A DNA stretch of 38,269 nucleotides. It comes from Balneolaceae bacterium. GTDB lineage: Bacteria > Bacteroidota > Rhodothermia > Balneolales > Balneolaceae. The stretch is taken from the NCBI GenBank assembly GCA_035312505.1, contig DATGBT010000022.1, forward strand, positions 1 to 38,269, in the 5' to 3' direction. The first letter of the stretch is position 1; every line of letters begins with the position of its first letter. This document shows positions 18,886 to 28,811 of this stretch, piece by piece. The translations under genes and the position numbers were made by a program. A model generated the notes under the pieces. It made no database searches and was not told the origin of the DNA. It worked only from the letters and a program-made list of their open reading frames with translations.

Positions 18886-19321
18886 ATTGTGGATAGCTGC
18901 CGCCTATGTAGCTTCTAAGCTCGTTAATCTCTACTTTTTGTTTGTCAATAACCGATTTTACAACATCACCTATAGAGATAACACCCTGTAACTGGCCTTC
19001 ATCCAAAACGGGAAGGTGTCTTATCTTTTTAATGGTCATCAGCTTCATGCAAAGCTGTACATCATCACTGCTGTTAACACAAAAAACCTGGGCGCTCATA
19101 ATGTCTTTAACAGGTGTGTTTTTAGACTGGCGACCCTGCAGAATTACTTTGTCCCGGTAATCCCTTTCAGATAGAATACCGACAAGTTTATCATCGTCTA
19201 AAACAAGCAGGGCACCTATTTTTAGTTCAGACATTTTTTTAATGGCATCGTACACCATTTCATCGGGGCTGGTAGAGTAAATTGCGGAACCTTTATTTCG
19301 AAGTATTTCTTTAACCTTCAT
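18884..19321 (-). CDS. Tandem CBS-domain protein
   Basis: IGALLV..GILSERDY, VKDIM, IRHLPV..GVISIGDVVK. The start MKVKEIL at 19321 is preferred over 19360. Confidence 0.9.
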   Translation of the reverse strand: MKVKEILRNKGSAIYSTSPDEMVYDAIKKMSELKIGALLVLDDDKLVGILSERDYRDKVILQGRQSKNTPVKDIMSAQVFCVNSSDDVQLCMKLMTIKKIRHLPVLDEGQLQGVISIGDVVKSVIDKQKVEINELRSYIGGSYPQ

Positions 19322-19479
19322 GGCAGTAAGTGTTTGATTGATGGGAGATTGTATATTCATTAAACTATTTTTTTATGACATTTAAAAGAGATTAACTTAC
19401 CTGGCCCCAAATGAGTATGATTATGGACAAAAAAACGTGTTCGACCTGACAGTAGAAAAAGAAAAAACAGAGAAATAGT

Positions 19480-20838
19480 ATGGATTTATTTAAGGATGAA
19501 AGCGAAAATGAGGGATTGGGACGCGCGGAGGAGTCCGCTGCGAACCAGCCGCTGGCAACACGAATGAGGCCCCGGTCACTTGAAGAGTTTGAGGGACAGG
19601 AGCACCTGGTAGGAGAAGGGAAAATGCTGCACCGCATGATTACAAGCGGTGTTATCGGGTCACTGATATTATATGGCCCACCAAGTTCTGGGAAAACCAC
19701 ACTGGCTCATGTTCTGTCAAGAGAAATTGATGCTCGTTTTGAGGTGATAAATGCCGTACTTGACGGACTCAAAGATTTACGGAATGTGGTGGCAAAAGCC
19801 GAACATCAGAAAAAAGTCAATGGCAAAAAAACGATTCTATTTGTAGATGAAATTCACAGGTGGAATAAGTCGCAGCAGGATGCACTCCTGCCTCACCTTG
19901 AATCGGGCATTATTACACTGGTGGGGGCAACCACCGAGAACCCCTTTTACTCCCTGGTAAGTCCTCTGCTTTCGCGCTGCCAGTTGTTCGAACTTTATCC
20001 GCTTACAAAAGAGAATGTGGAACAGATGATTGGTGCTGCTTTGCTTGATGAAAAACGCGGGTTGGGATATATGAACATCGAATTGGAGAAGGATGCGAAA
20101 AACCATCTCGCAGAGTATGCAGGGGGAGATATCAGAAATGCACTTAATGCGCTCGAAGTTGCGGCTCTTTCTACTCCAAAAAGCAAATCAGGCGTGGTTC
20201 ATATTACGCTGGATATTGCCAAACAGTCGATACAGAAGCGAAGTGTGCGATACGACCGAACCGGAGATGAGCATTATCACTATGCATCTGCCTTTATAAA
20301 ATCGATGAGGGGATCAGATGTGGATGCTGCACTGTATTGGATGAACGCCATGCTGGAGGGAGGGGAAGATCCAAATTTCATATTTCGACGTATGCTTATA
20401 TTCGCTTCCGAGGATGTTGGCATGGCAGACCCATACGCACTCACGGTAGTTCATGCTGCACAGGAGTCTTTTTTAAAAACAGGGATGCCCGAGGGCTTTT
20501 ACTTCCTGGCACATGCCTCTATTTTTCTGGCTTTAAGTATGAAAAGTAACAGCACGAAAGCCATTTTTGAGATAAACAGCGAAATAAAAAAGAGAGGAAT
20601 AAAAGACGTTCCAAACCATCTAAGGGACAAAACCGCCAATAAGCTTTCATCCAGGTACCTGGATATTAAAAATGCTTCGGATAACTACAAGTATCCTCAC
20701 GACTATCCATCACATTGGGTGGAACAGCAATATCTTCCTGATGAGCTGAAAAACAGAAGCTGGTACAGTGGCGGATCGGAAGGCAGAGAACCAAAGCTGA
20801 TTGAGCGGTTGCACAAAATACGGTCGAAAGGAAAGTAA
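19480..20838 (+). CDS. rarA: Replication-associated recombination protein A (MgsA/RarA)
   Basis: PLATRMRPRSLEEFEGQEHL, GPPSSGKTT, LFVDEIHRWNKSQQD, GATTENP, SAFIKSMRGSD.DAALYW, ASEDVGMAD, YKYPHDY. Confidence 0.95.
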   Translation: MDLFKDESENEGLGRAEESAANQPLATRMRPRSLEEFEGQEHLVGEGKMLHRMITSGVIGSLILYGPPSSGKTTLAHVLSREIDARFEVINAVLDGLKDLRNVVAKAEHQKKVNGKKTILFVDEIHRWNKSQQDALLPHLESGIITLVGATTENPFYSLVSPLLSRCQLFELYPLTKENVEQMIGAALLDEKRGLGYMNIELEKDAKNHLAEYAGGDIRNALNALEVAALSTPKSKSGVVHITLDIAKQSIQKRSVRYDRTGDEHYHYASAFIKSMRGSDVDAALYWMNAMLEGGEDPNFIFRRMLIFASEDVGMADPYALTVVHAAQESFLKTGMPEGFYFLAHASIFLALSMKSNSTKAIFEINSEIKKRGIKDVPNHLRDKTANKLSSRYLDIKNASDNYKYPHDYPSHWVEQQYLPDELKNRSWYSGGSEGREPKLIERLHKIRSKGK

Positions 20839-20852
20839 TTACCCTGGCGCAT

Positions 20853-20887
20853 AAAAAAAGAGAGCCCGGAATATTCAATTCCGGGCT
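20853..20887 (-). terminator. Intrinsic terminator with its U-tract on the minus strand
   Basis: AGCCCGGAAT-attca-ATTCCGGGCT preceded by an A7 run on the + strand. Confidence 0.7.
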
Positions 20888-21154
20888 TACGATTATTGGA
20901 GCTATTGCTCGATGTCTACCATAACATGAGCTCTTTAAAAGTCGATTAAAGAATACGAATGTGTACACATAAAAACAAATTAATTTAACTTAATTATAAT
21001 ATATTCATTAATAATTCAGTTAAAACATATAAAAAAGCGCTTTTTTTAAACTAAAGAGTCATTTTGATACATTTAAATTTCTGTTTCAAGTAAGTAAAAA
21101 ACTGAATGGTAGGTCTACAGGTTTCGTTGTTCAGCTAAACAAAAAAAATTTTAT

Positions 21155-21709
21155 ATGAAAATTCACATTTTATCTTCAACCGACAGGCATGGTTCCAATG
21201 CCTTAAAGGTGTCGAAATATGCGGCTGGCTTTCTTAGAAAAAAAGCTGATATCAAACTTTTTTCTCTCATGGACTACCCTTTAGATGAGTTGAAAGGAGT
21301 GAGTTACGGAGATGCACCGGATAGTGTTGAGCAATTTAACAATGAATTTCTGGATGCAGACGGATTTTTGTTTGTAATTCCGGAATATAATGGCGGTTTT
21401 CCCGGAATATTGAAGTTCTTTTGGGACTATCTGCCTTTTCCGGAGGCAATGAGCCATAAGCCGGTAAGTTTGATAGGAGAGGCTGCAGGAGCATTTGGAG
21501 CCCTTCGTCCTGTTGAGCAGTTTGAACAGCTTTTAATATATAGAAAAGCGTATGTATATCCTGAACGGATGTTTATCCAGCGAGTTAATGATGCGTTCGA
21601 CCCGGATAAAGGGCTTAAAGAAGAGACACCACAAAAACTGTTGATGAAGCAGCTGGATGAGTTTCCCGACTTCGTTCAAAAATTAAAAGAAAAGTTAGTT
21701 GAGGCGTAA
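21155..21709 (+). CDS. NADPH-dependent FMN reductase (flavodoxin-like)
   Basis: SSTDRHGS, ADGFLFVIPEYNGGFPGILK, KPV...GAFGALR. Confidence 0.9.
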   Translation: MKIHILSSTDRHGSNALKVSKYAAGFLRKKADIKLFSLMDYPLDELKGVSYGDAPDSVEQFNNEFLDADGFLFVIPEYNGGFPGILKFFWDYLPFPEAMSHKPVSLIGEAAGAFGALRPVEQFEQLLIYRKAYVYPERMFIQRVNDAFDPDKGLKEETPQKLLMKQLDEFPDFVQKLKEKLVEA

Positions 21710-22399
21710 CATATAACCCACACCATGTAGTGTAACCAAATATTTCGGATCATCAGGGTTTAACTCGATTTTTGCCCTCAGTTTGGAAATATGCACGTCG
21801 ACTGTACGGGTATTTGTACTGAATTCATACCTCCATACTTTTTGGAGCAGATCGTCCCTTGAAATGGGGCGATTCGCGTTGGACAATAAATACTCGATGA
21901 TTTCAACTTCACGTGTTGATAGCTCCTCAACCACATCATTTGGTTTATACACTTTAGAGTCTACGAGATCGATCTTTACCTCGCCAAGTTTTAAAACTTC
22001 CGTTGGACCCGACTTTGAATAGGCATTGGCTCTGCGTAGACGCGCTTTAATTCGTGCCAATAGTTCTTTTACGCCAAATGGCTTGGTCATGTAATCGTCG
22101 GCACCAATATTTAAACCCGTTACTTTGTCGATTTCCTGGTCGCGGGCCGTTAGCATAATAATTGGGAAAGAGTATTTCAGTTCTCGCACCTTTTTACAAA
22201 TATCGTAGCCGCTTACATTTGGCAGCATAAGATCGAGAATCATCAGGTCGGGATCATATTCTGTTACGGTGTCAACCGCATCACTGCCGTCAGTAACAAC
22301 TTCCACGTCGTAATTTTCTGCTTCGAGAGTATCTTTTAATGTAAAAACCAGGCTGGGTTCATCTTCAACAATTAAAATTTTCTTTGCTTTATCATCCAT
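21695..22399 (-). CDS. OmpR/PhoB-family response regulator
   Basis: ILIVEDE, LDLMLP..SG, IIMLTA, GADDYMTKPF, winged helix TRTVDVHISKLRAKIE, TLHGVGY. Confidence 0.95.
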   Translation of the reverse strand: MDDKAKKILIVEDEPSLVFTLKDTLEAENYDVEVVTDGSDAVDTVTEYDPDLMILDLMLPNVSGYDICKKVRELKYSFPIIMLTARDQEIDKVTGLNIGADDYMTKPFGVKELLARIKARLRRANAYSKSGPTEVLKLGEVKIDLVDSKVYKPNDVVEELSTREVEIIEYLLSNANRPISRDDLLQKVWRYEFSTNTRTVDVHISKLRAKIELNPDDPKYLVTLHGVGYMLRLN

Positions 22400-24110
22400 A
22401 AGTTTCGAGTGTTACCTCTGCAATTTTTTTAGAATCGTCCGTTTGCTGTATTACGTTTTCTTTTTGATGTCGATTGAAAAGTGCATGAAACTCAATAGTA
22501 AACTCAGATCCCTTTCCTGGCTCACTGTTTACTGATATTGTCCCACCGTTCAGAAGTACCATATTTTTCACAATAGATAGCCCCAGGCCGTGGCCTTTTG
22601 TCTGTGCCGTCATGGAGTTTTCAACCCTGTAAAATTTATTGAAAATATTTTTCTGTGCTTTTTTGGGAATTCCCTGCCCCTTATCGGATACCGAAAGAAA
22701 AACAGACTTTTTGCCAGAATAAACACGAACGGTAATCTCCTTCTTGTCCCAGCTGTATTTAATACTGTTTTCTAACAAGTTGCCAAGAATCGTTTCAAAA
22801 TGGTCCCGGTCTATCATTACTGGTGGTAGCTCCCGGCTTGCATCTACCTGTAGCTGAAATCCCTGACTTTCAATGAATTCGCGTTTAGAATCGATAAAGT
22901 GATGAACCAGCTCGTTAATCTGGCATGGAGCCTGCTTTGCCATGGTTTTATTAGAATCAGATTTGGCAACATCCAGTAGCTTATCGATCATTTTGCGAAG
23001 GCGAATAGCTTCATTGTATATATGATCACCGTAATTTTTTAGTCGTTCTCCCTCAGCTACACGCCCATCTGAGATGTTTTCCCCTGCGGCCTGCATAAGA
23101 GCGAGAGGTGTTTTAAGCTCGTGCGTGACATTAGCAAGAAAGCCAGCCTGTCTCTCCGCAAATTCACGTTCTTTTTGAGCATTGATAAACATAAAAACAA
23201 GGGCACCAAACAGGATGAATACCGCAAATCCGAGCACAAGAAGGTTACGGTTGAGAGATGCACTTGTAGCTGATATAAATGGTGATTCAATAAATGAAGC
23301 CTGTATGATCCAGTTATCGAGCAAATCTGGGAAGCGTTGATAGATATCAACATTATCTCTGTTATACGCGATTTCGCTGTTGTTGGTGAGCAGAATTTCA
23401 CCCATAATCCAGTTTCTTATCCAGACGACCATACCGGCTTCAGCAGAATTGCCAAAATCCTCAGCGAGCATCGGTTTCAGTACGCCGTTCAGAAGATAAT
23501 CCTGGTCGATGATAAACGTAACATGGCCGAGAACAGTGTCGTGATCCGGATTAATAAGCGCGAGTGTCATGGTTCTGTGCGAGTCGAAAATGGTGCGATT
23601 ATTCCAGTTATAGTTCGCAAGATCCACCGTATTCATTCTCGATTTTGAAAGACCAAAACCATCACAAACCTCTTTTGGGGAGCTGTTGGTCATGGAGAAC
23701 AGTTCCGATTCCGGATCGAATTTATAGAGCGGATAGTCCGGCTTAAAGCAGCCTTTCATGTGATCGGGAGTGTAATAGATATCAGTAAAGAGGGAATCGC
23801 CTATAGCCTCATTCAAAACAGAATTGAAGTGCTCGGGGAATGCTCCGTAGGTATTCCAGGAGAGTTCAATTTCATTCATGTCCAGATTTCTGATGCCTCT
23901 GAACGGCTGATAAAACCGAAACCGCACTTTTTGGGAAAACTCCTCAAGCTGAATTTTGCGGTTTTCTTTTGCAGCCTCAACGGTCGACTCCTGAAGCGCA
24001 TAGAGCGAATAGATATTTAAAACAGTTAGTGCAACGACAGCCAGCAGTCCCAGGCCCAGGAAGAACCAGCGAAGAGTATTGCTCTTTTTGATTTTATGAA
24101 ATGCCTTCAT
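22392..24110 (-). CDS. Membrane sensor histidine kinase
   Basis: Two TM helices flank a periplasmic domain. H-box VTHELKTPL, N-box NLLENSIKY, D.GQGI, GHGLGLSIV. Overlaps the response regulator by 8 bp. Confidence 0.95.
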   Translation of the reverse strand: MKAFHKIKKSNTLRWFFLGLGLLAVVALTVLNIYSLYALQESTVEAAKENRKIQLEEFSQKVRFRFYQPFRGIRNLDMNEIELSWNTYGAFPEHFNSVLNEAIGDSLFTDIYYTPDHMKGCFKPDYPLYKFDPESELFSMTNSSPKEVCDGFGLSKSRMNTVDLANYNWNNRTIFDSHRTMTLALINPDHDTVLGHVTFIIDQDYLLNGVLKPMLAEDFGNSAEAGMVVWIRNWIMGEILLTNNSEIAYNRDNVDIYQRFPDLLDNWIIQASFIESPFISATSASLNRNLLVLGFAVFILFGALVFMFINAQKEREFAERQAGFLANVTHELKTPLALMQAAGENISDGRVAEGERLKNYGDHIYNEAIRLRKMIDKLLDVAKSDSNKTMAKQAPCQINELVHHFIDSKREFIESQGFQLQVDASRELPPVMIDRDHFETILGNLLENSIKYSWDKKEITVRVYSGKKSVFLSVSDKGQGIPKKAQKNIFNKFYRVENSMTAQTKGHGLGLSIVKNMVLLNGGTISVNSEPGKGSEFTIEFHALFNRHQKENVIQQTDDSKKIAEVTLETYG

Positions 24111-24212
24111 AGCGTTGCGTAACGGTTATGGAGTATATCGTTAAAGTGTAATAAAAAATTTATCAACTTGATCTTAAAATATGCAAAAGATGGCAGAGTT
24201 TAATACATCGGT

Positions 24213-26261
24213 TTATCGCTCCCAGTCGTTGTTTCTGCGATCCACATCGGGAAACAGAAATTCAGGATCTATTACAGCTGATTCTATTGTACTTCCGGTT
24301 GTGAGTATTAGTTTATGTGTCCTTTCTCCGCTAAGCCAAATATCTTCTTCAAGACGCCTTTCTATTACTGTACCGTCTTCCAGAACAATTTCAAGCAATA
24401 CAGGCATGGGTACATTACCAATATCTTCGATTTCAATAACGGTTTCACCGTCCTGCTCGTATACATCGGCAATACTTTGGTCGAGTGCCCAGGTCTCATA
24501 GTACCAGGATCTCCAGAACCAGGACAAGTCGCGGCCCGAAACATCTTCAAACGTATTGAAAATATCCCATGGATAGGGATGTTTGTAGGCCCACCTTTCC
24601 ATGAGTGTGTCATAGGCCTCCCGAAATGTCTCTTCCCCGAGAATGGTGCGTAGCGCGTAAAGAACGGAAGCCGGCTTCGAATAGGAAGCAACGCCATATG
24701 CAGGCCCGGGGTAGTGATAATCGGACCAGCGCATCATTTCACCCTCAGCATCGGTACCGGCAATTTGCAGGTAGCCGGAAAAAGAATCAGTCCGGTCGAA
24801 TCGCTCACTGCCGTAATAGTCGATATTCGCTTCGTTAGTGTGAAAGGTAGTAAACCCTTCATCAATCCAGGTGTAGCGACGCTCGTTGGTGCTTAGAATC
24901 ATGGGTATCCACATGTGTGCGATTTCATGAGCAGTAACACCGTAGAGCCGAACAGCCCCGGCACCGTTGTAATCTCCAATTACCGTCATCATAGGGAATT
25001 CCATACCGCCACCGATAATTTCTGCACCTTCAACGGAGGTCATGTGAGGCCATGGATAAGGGATTCCGGTATAGTCGGAGAGAAAGGTAACAGAGTGCTG
25101 GCCATATTCAACCTGCGACTGCCAAAGCGGTGCCGTTTCCCTGTAAAATGAATGGATGTGGCTATAATCTACTTCACCGTCGCCATCGAGGTCTCCGACC
25201 GGGGTTCGTGCTGCATCCCATTGTGATTCAAGAGTAGCGCTAAAGGCAACATCCCTAACCTGCTCTGCCCTGAATTTCCAGGTCAGCTTACCATTTTCGC
25301 TTTCAAGGGTAGCTTTGCCCAAATCATCAAAACCGGCAACAGTTACGGGCTCGTTGCTGCTCACAGCGGTTCGGTACTGCTCAAAAGTTAGTGGAGAAAG
25401 TGTCTCTTCAGGGTTCAGGAATTCTCCGGTACTCATTACAAGCCAGCCCTCGGGCAAAGTAATTGAGATATCATAATCAGCAAAACCGTAATAGAATTCT
25501 GCATTGCCCACAAACGAATCATTAAACCAGTCGTACACGTCATCCAAAACACTTACGTGAGGATACCAGTAGGCAATATAGTAGAGATTTCCGCGGCTTC
25601 GTCCCATTCGTCCCGATGCACCCCGCTCGGGGATCTCAAAATTCCAGTCGATAGATAAGTTTAACGTCTCCCCGGATGCAACACTCTCTTCAGGAAAGAT
25701 ATAAAGGCTAGTTCCATTCACGAGATATCCACTTGCATTTTGGGTCCAACGCTGGCGAAAAGTAATTTCATTAAATTCTTTACCCTCAACGATAATGGAG
25801 GTTAGGTTCATGCCGCCTGTAATTTCGGTGACCTCCATTTTGGGAGTTCCCTCTTTATGCAGGTTCTGGGCGAGTTCCAGAACAACTACCTGCTGAGATG
25901 ATGGAGAATTATTGGTAAAGGATATATCTCCGGAACCATAAAGAATATGATTTTCGGGATCAATTTCTGCAGTGAGCGAATACGACGACTCATTTTGCCA
26001 ATAGTTTTCTCCCGGCTCACCGGTTTCAGTGCGGGTGCCGCGTTCAACGGCTCTATCCCATACATCGGGGATATCAAGCGGATAGGGGATTGGGCGCTCC
26101 GGATTTATAGCTTCGTTTTCAGCAGAAACCTGCTGTTGGGGCTTCTCGGCAACTTGCTCGGCAGTTGAACACGAGACCATTAATACCCCGAAAAGAGTAA
26201 GAATAAGCAGATGGTGAAGTGATTTAAGCATAGGAGTGAAGTCTGTTTGAAAAAATAGCAT
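24213..26261 (-). CDS. M1-family zinc aminopeptidase, lipoprotein
   Basis: GGMEFP, HEIAH...WIDEG, lipobox MVS-C. True start may be 26231. Confidence 0.9.
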   Translation of the reverse strand: MLFFQTDFTPMLKSLHHLLILTLFGVLMVSCSTAEQVAEKPQQQVSAENEAINPERPIPYPLDIPDVWDRAVERGTRTETGEPGENYWQNESSYSLTAEIDPENHILYGSGDISFTNNSPSSQQVVVLELAQNLHKEGTPKMEVTEITGGMNLTSIIVEGKEFNEITFRQRWTQNASGYLVNGTSLYIFPEESVASGETLNLSIDWNFEIPERGASGRMGRSRGNLYYIAYWYPHVSVLDDVYDWFNDSFVGNAEFYYGFADYDISITLPEGWLVMSTGEFLNPEETLSPLTFEQYRTAVSSNEPVTVAGFDDLGKATLESENGKLTWKFRAEQVRDVAFSATLESQWDAARTPVGDLDGDGEVDYSHIHSFYRETAPLWQSQVEYGQHSVTFLSDYTGIPYPWPHMTSVEGAEIIGGGMEFPMMTVIGDYNGAGAVRLYGVTAHEIAHMWIPMILSTNERRYTWIDEGFTTFHTNEANIDYYGSERFDRTDSFSGYLQIAGTDAEGEMMRWSDYHYPGPAYGVASYSKPASVLYALRTILGEETFREAYDTLMERWAYKHPYPWDIFNTFEDVSGRDLSWFWRSWYYETWALDQSIADVYEQDGETVIEIEDIGNVPMPVLLEIVLEDGTVIERRLEEDIWLSGERTHKLILTTGSTIESAVIDPEFLFPDVDRRNNDWER

Positions 26262-26469
26262 GAGTATTTTTGAAAACTATTAAAACTATGTGAATATAAG
26301 GTGATTCGAAGAGTGATTTTTGTAACGAAATAAAGCCGAGCTGCAATCTGTAATCAATTGCAGCAGCAGAACATATTTTTTTTAACAGATGAACTTGATT
26401 CTTGAATTTGTGTCGCGAAATGACCATTATCGAATATTATATATTTTCAACTAACCTACGGTATCAATT

Positions 26470-26823
26470 ATGGATTTTAATGAAATTAAAGAGTGGTATG
26501 TTGCAACACTTCAAAAGTATGTAGAGTTTAGCGGCCGGTCACGACGAAAGGAGTTTTGGATTTTTACGCTGGTAAACTTTGCGATCTCGGTTATTCTCGC
26601 AGTTCTTGGTCTGGATTTCATAAGTACTCTGTTTGGACTCGCAGTTTTACTTCCGGGAATTGGAGTATCAATTCGTAGACTGCATGATATCGGCAAAACC
26701 GGCTGGTGGCTTTTAATTGCATTTATACCTCTTGTAGGACTTATAGTTCTCATATATTTTTATGTGCAAGAAGGCGATACCGGGCCAAATGAGTATGGAC
26801 CAAATCCAAAAACAGCAATTTAG
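26470..26823 (+). CDS. DUF805 (YhaH/YhaI-like) inner membrane protein
   Basis: KYVEFSGRSRRKEFW, VSIRRLHDIGKTGWWLLI..IP.VG, N.YGPNP. Confidence 0.92.
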   Translation: MDFNEIKEWYVATLQKYVEFSGRSRRKEFWIFTLVNFAISVILAVLGLDFISTLFGLAVLLPGIGVSIRRLHDIGKTGWWLLIAFIPLVGLIVLIYFYVQEGDTGPNEYGPNPKTAI

Positions 26824-26854
26824 AAGGGTTTATTACTTCTTCTGGTTTTTAATT

Positions 26855-26888
26855 AGCTCTCCTCAAAAAAGGGGAGCTTTCTTTTTTT
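26855..26888 (+). terminator. Intrinsic terminator
   Basis: AGCTCTCCT...AGGGGAGCT followed by TTCTTTTTTT. Confidence 0.75.
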
Positions 26889-27002
26889 CTGAGGGGCCTG
26901 AAATCAATAAGCTACTAATTTGATGTCCCAGGCAAAATTGTATTATTTACTGCTATTGATGAAATAATTTTGATTCTATCTGATTAACAAAACCAATCAC
27001 CG

Positions 27003-28655
27003 ATGAAACGCTTATTCTCTGCCAAAACAATTCTTATATCGGCAATTTTTCTAATAACGGCCGCTTTTGCTGGTTGCAGCGGCAGCGAAGAAGAGCCGGT
27101 AAGTCAAGAGTTCAATGCTGAGCTCATTGACCAACATCTGGATGCAAATGTTACCTACACAGAAAGGTACCGACCCCAGTATCACTATACTCCCCGTATT
27201 AACTGGATGAACGACCCAAACGGGCTGGTATATTATGAGGGGCAATATCATCTTTTTCACCAATACAATCCGTTTGGTAACCAATGGGGGTACATGAGCT
27301 GGTATCATGCCGTGAGTGACGATCTGGTTCATTGGGAGCATAAACCGGTGGCCATTCCATATGGCAAAGAGCAGGAAGAGGGTATCTTTTCCGGGAGTGC
27401 TGTGGTTGATCATAACAATACCACAGGTTTTGGTGATGGCAGCCGAGCCCCGTTGGTAGCTATCTACACAAGCCACTACACTCGTGAGGATGGCTCCACC
27501 TGGCAGGCTCAATCCCTGGCATACAGCGTTGATGGCGGAGAATCGTTTATAAAATATGAGGGTAATCCTGTGCTGGAGTTTGATGACCCGGATTTTCGGG
27601 ATCCAAACGTAAAATGGAACGAAGAGATGGGCAAATGGCTGATGGTCGTTGCGCTTCCTCAACAGCATAAAGTGCAGTTTTATGCCTCCGAAAATTTGAC
27701 TGAATGGGAATTTCTGAGCGATTTTGGCCCGGCTGGAGCCACTGGCGGCATCTGGGAATGTCCCGACTTTTTTGAGCTGCCTATAGACGGCGATCCCGAT
27801 AATAAACGGTGGGTGCTACACGTGGATATGAATCCGGGCTCCATCGCCGGTGGATCGGGGTCTCAATATTTCGTGGGAAGGTGGGACGGTTCATCCTTCA
27901 CCCCCGATGAACAGATTATGCAGGACGACATTAAATGGGTGGATTACGGCACGGATTTTTATGCCGCAATATCCTGGAACAATATCCCCGAAGAGGATGG
28001 CCGGCGTTTGTGGATCGGATGGATGAACAACTGGAGCTATGCCAACGACATCCCTACCTCACCCTGGAGAAGTGCACAGTCTATTCCCCGGTCGCTAACG
28101 CTTGAAACGAGAGGCGGAGATGTTCATCTTATTCAAACTCCTGTAACGGAACTGGAGCAACTCAGGCAGGCACCGTTATCGATCGAGAATCCCCTCTCCA
28201 CAGATAGTGAAACAGACCTGAGTGAGGTTCGAGAAGGGATAAGTGGCAAAGCCTATGAGGTAATGGCTGAAATAGCACCCGGAGATACAGGCGAGGCGAT
28301 ACTTGTACTTCGTGCGGGTCCCGAAGAGGAAACATTGGTTGGTTACGATGCCGAGAATGAAGTGGTATTTCTGGATCGAACAAACTCTGGTGAGAGTGAT
28401 TTTTATGATGAATTTAATCAGCGTTTTGAAGCACCGGCCCGGCTCATTGAAGGAAAAATAAAGCTCCACATTTTTATCGACTGGTCTTCGGTAGAAGTAT
28501 TCGTGAACGATGGAGAAACTGTATTAACAAGCAGAATATTTCCCGATCCGGAAAGTACGGAAATTCGGTTTAGATCTGTGGGTGGCAGTTCGGAGCTGGA
28601 AAGCCTCACATTTTGGCCGTTAAAGTCCATCTGGGCAGATCAACAGATCCATTAA
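27003..28655 (+). CDS. GH32 levanase / beta-fructofuranosidase, lipoprotein
   Basis: Catalytic motifs WMNDPNG, FSGSA, FRDP and WECPD, C-terminal beta-sandwich (DWSSVEVF.N.G), lipobox FAG-C. Confidence 0.95.
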   Translation: MKRLFSAKTILISAIFLITAAFAGCSGSEEEPVSQEFNAELIDQHLDANVTYTERYRPQYHYTPRINWMNDPNGLVYYEGQYHLFHQYNPFGNQWGYMSWYHAVSDDLVHWEHKPVAIPYGKEQEEGIFSGSAVVDHNNTTGFGDGSRAPLVAIYTSHYTREDGSTWQAQSLAYSVDGGESFIKYEGNPVLEFDDPDFRDPNVKWNEEMGKWLMVVALPQQHKVQFYASENLTEWEFLSDFGPAGATGGIWECPDFFELPIDGDPDNKRWVLHVDMNPGSIAGGSGSQYFVGRWDGSSFTPDEQIMQDDIKWVDYGTDFYAAISWNNIPEEDGRRLWIGWMNNWSYANDIPTSPWRSAQSIPRSLTLETRGGDVHLIQTPVTELEQLRQAPLSIENPLSTDSETDLSEVREGISGKAYEVMAEIAPGDTGEAILVLRAGPEEETLVGYDAENEVVFLDRTNSGESDFYDEFNQRFEAPARLIEGKIKLHIFIDWSSVEVFVNDGETVLTSRIFPDPESTEIRFRSVGGSSELESLTFWPLKSIWADQQIH

Positions 28656-28710
28656 AATTCACATATCTGTTTAAATCAGTTCCATGGGGTGCATAATTCG
28701 AAAATTCTAT

Positions 28711-28730
28711 TATCTTTGAAAGCGTTTGCA
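28711..28730 (+). promoter_or_regulatory. Candidate TAnnTTTG promoter box overlapped by a LacI/cre-type operator
   Basis: TATCTTTG (28711-28718) overlaps TGAAAGCGTTTGCA (28717-28730), about 80 nt before the sugar porter. Confidence 0.55.
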
Positions 28731-28811
28731 GCACCGCCATTGTTTTAAATTACTTTAAAAAGTAAAAAGGCACCTGCATCATTTAAGAAAAGTATAAACA
28801 GCATAAGTTTT

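Noticed and set aside
21695-21709. 15-bp overlap of convergent FMN reductase and response regulator genes
   Set aside because: Short convergent overlaps are common and nothing suggests a regulatory role.
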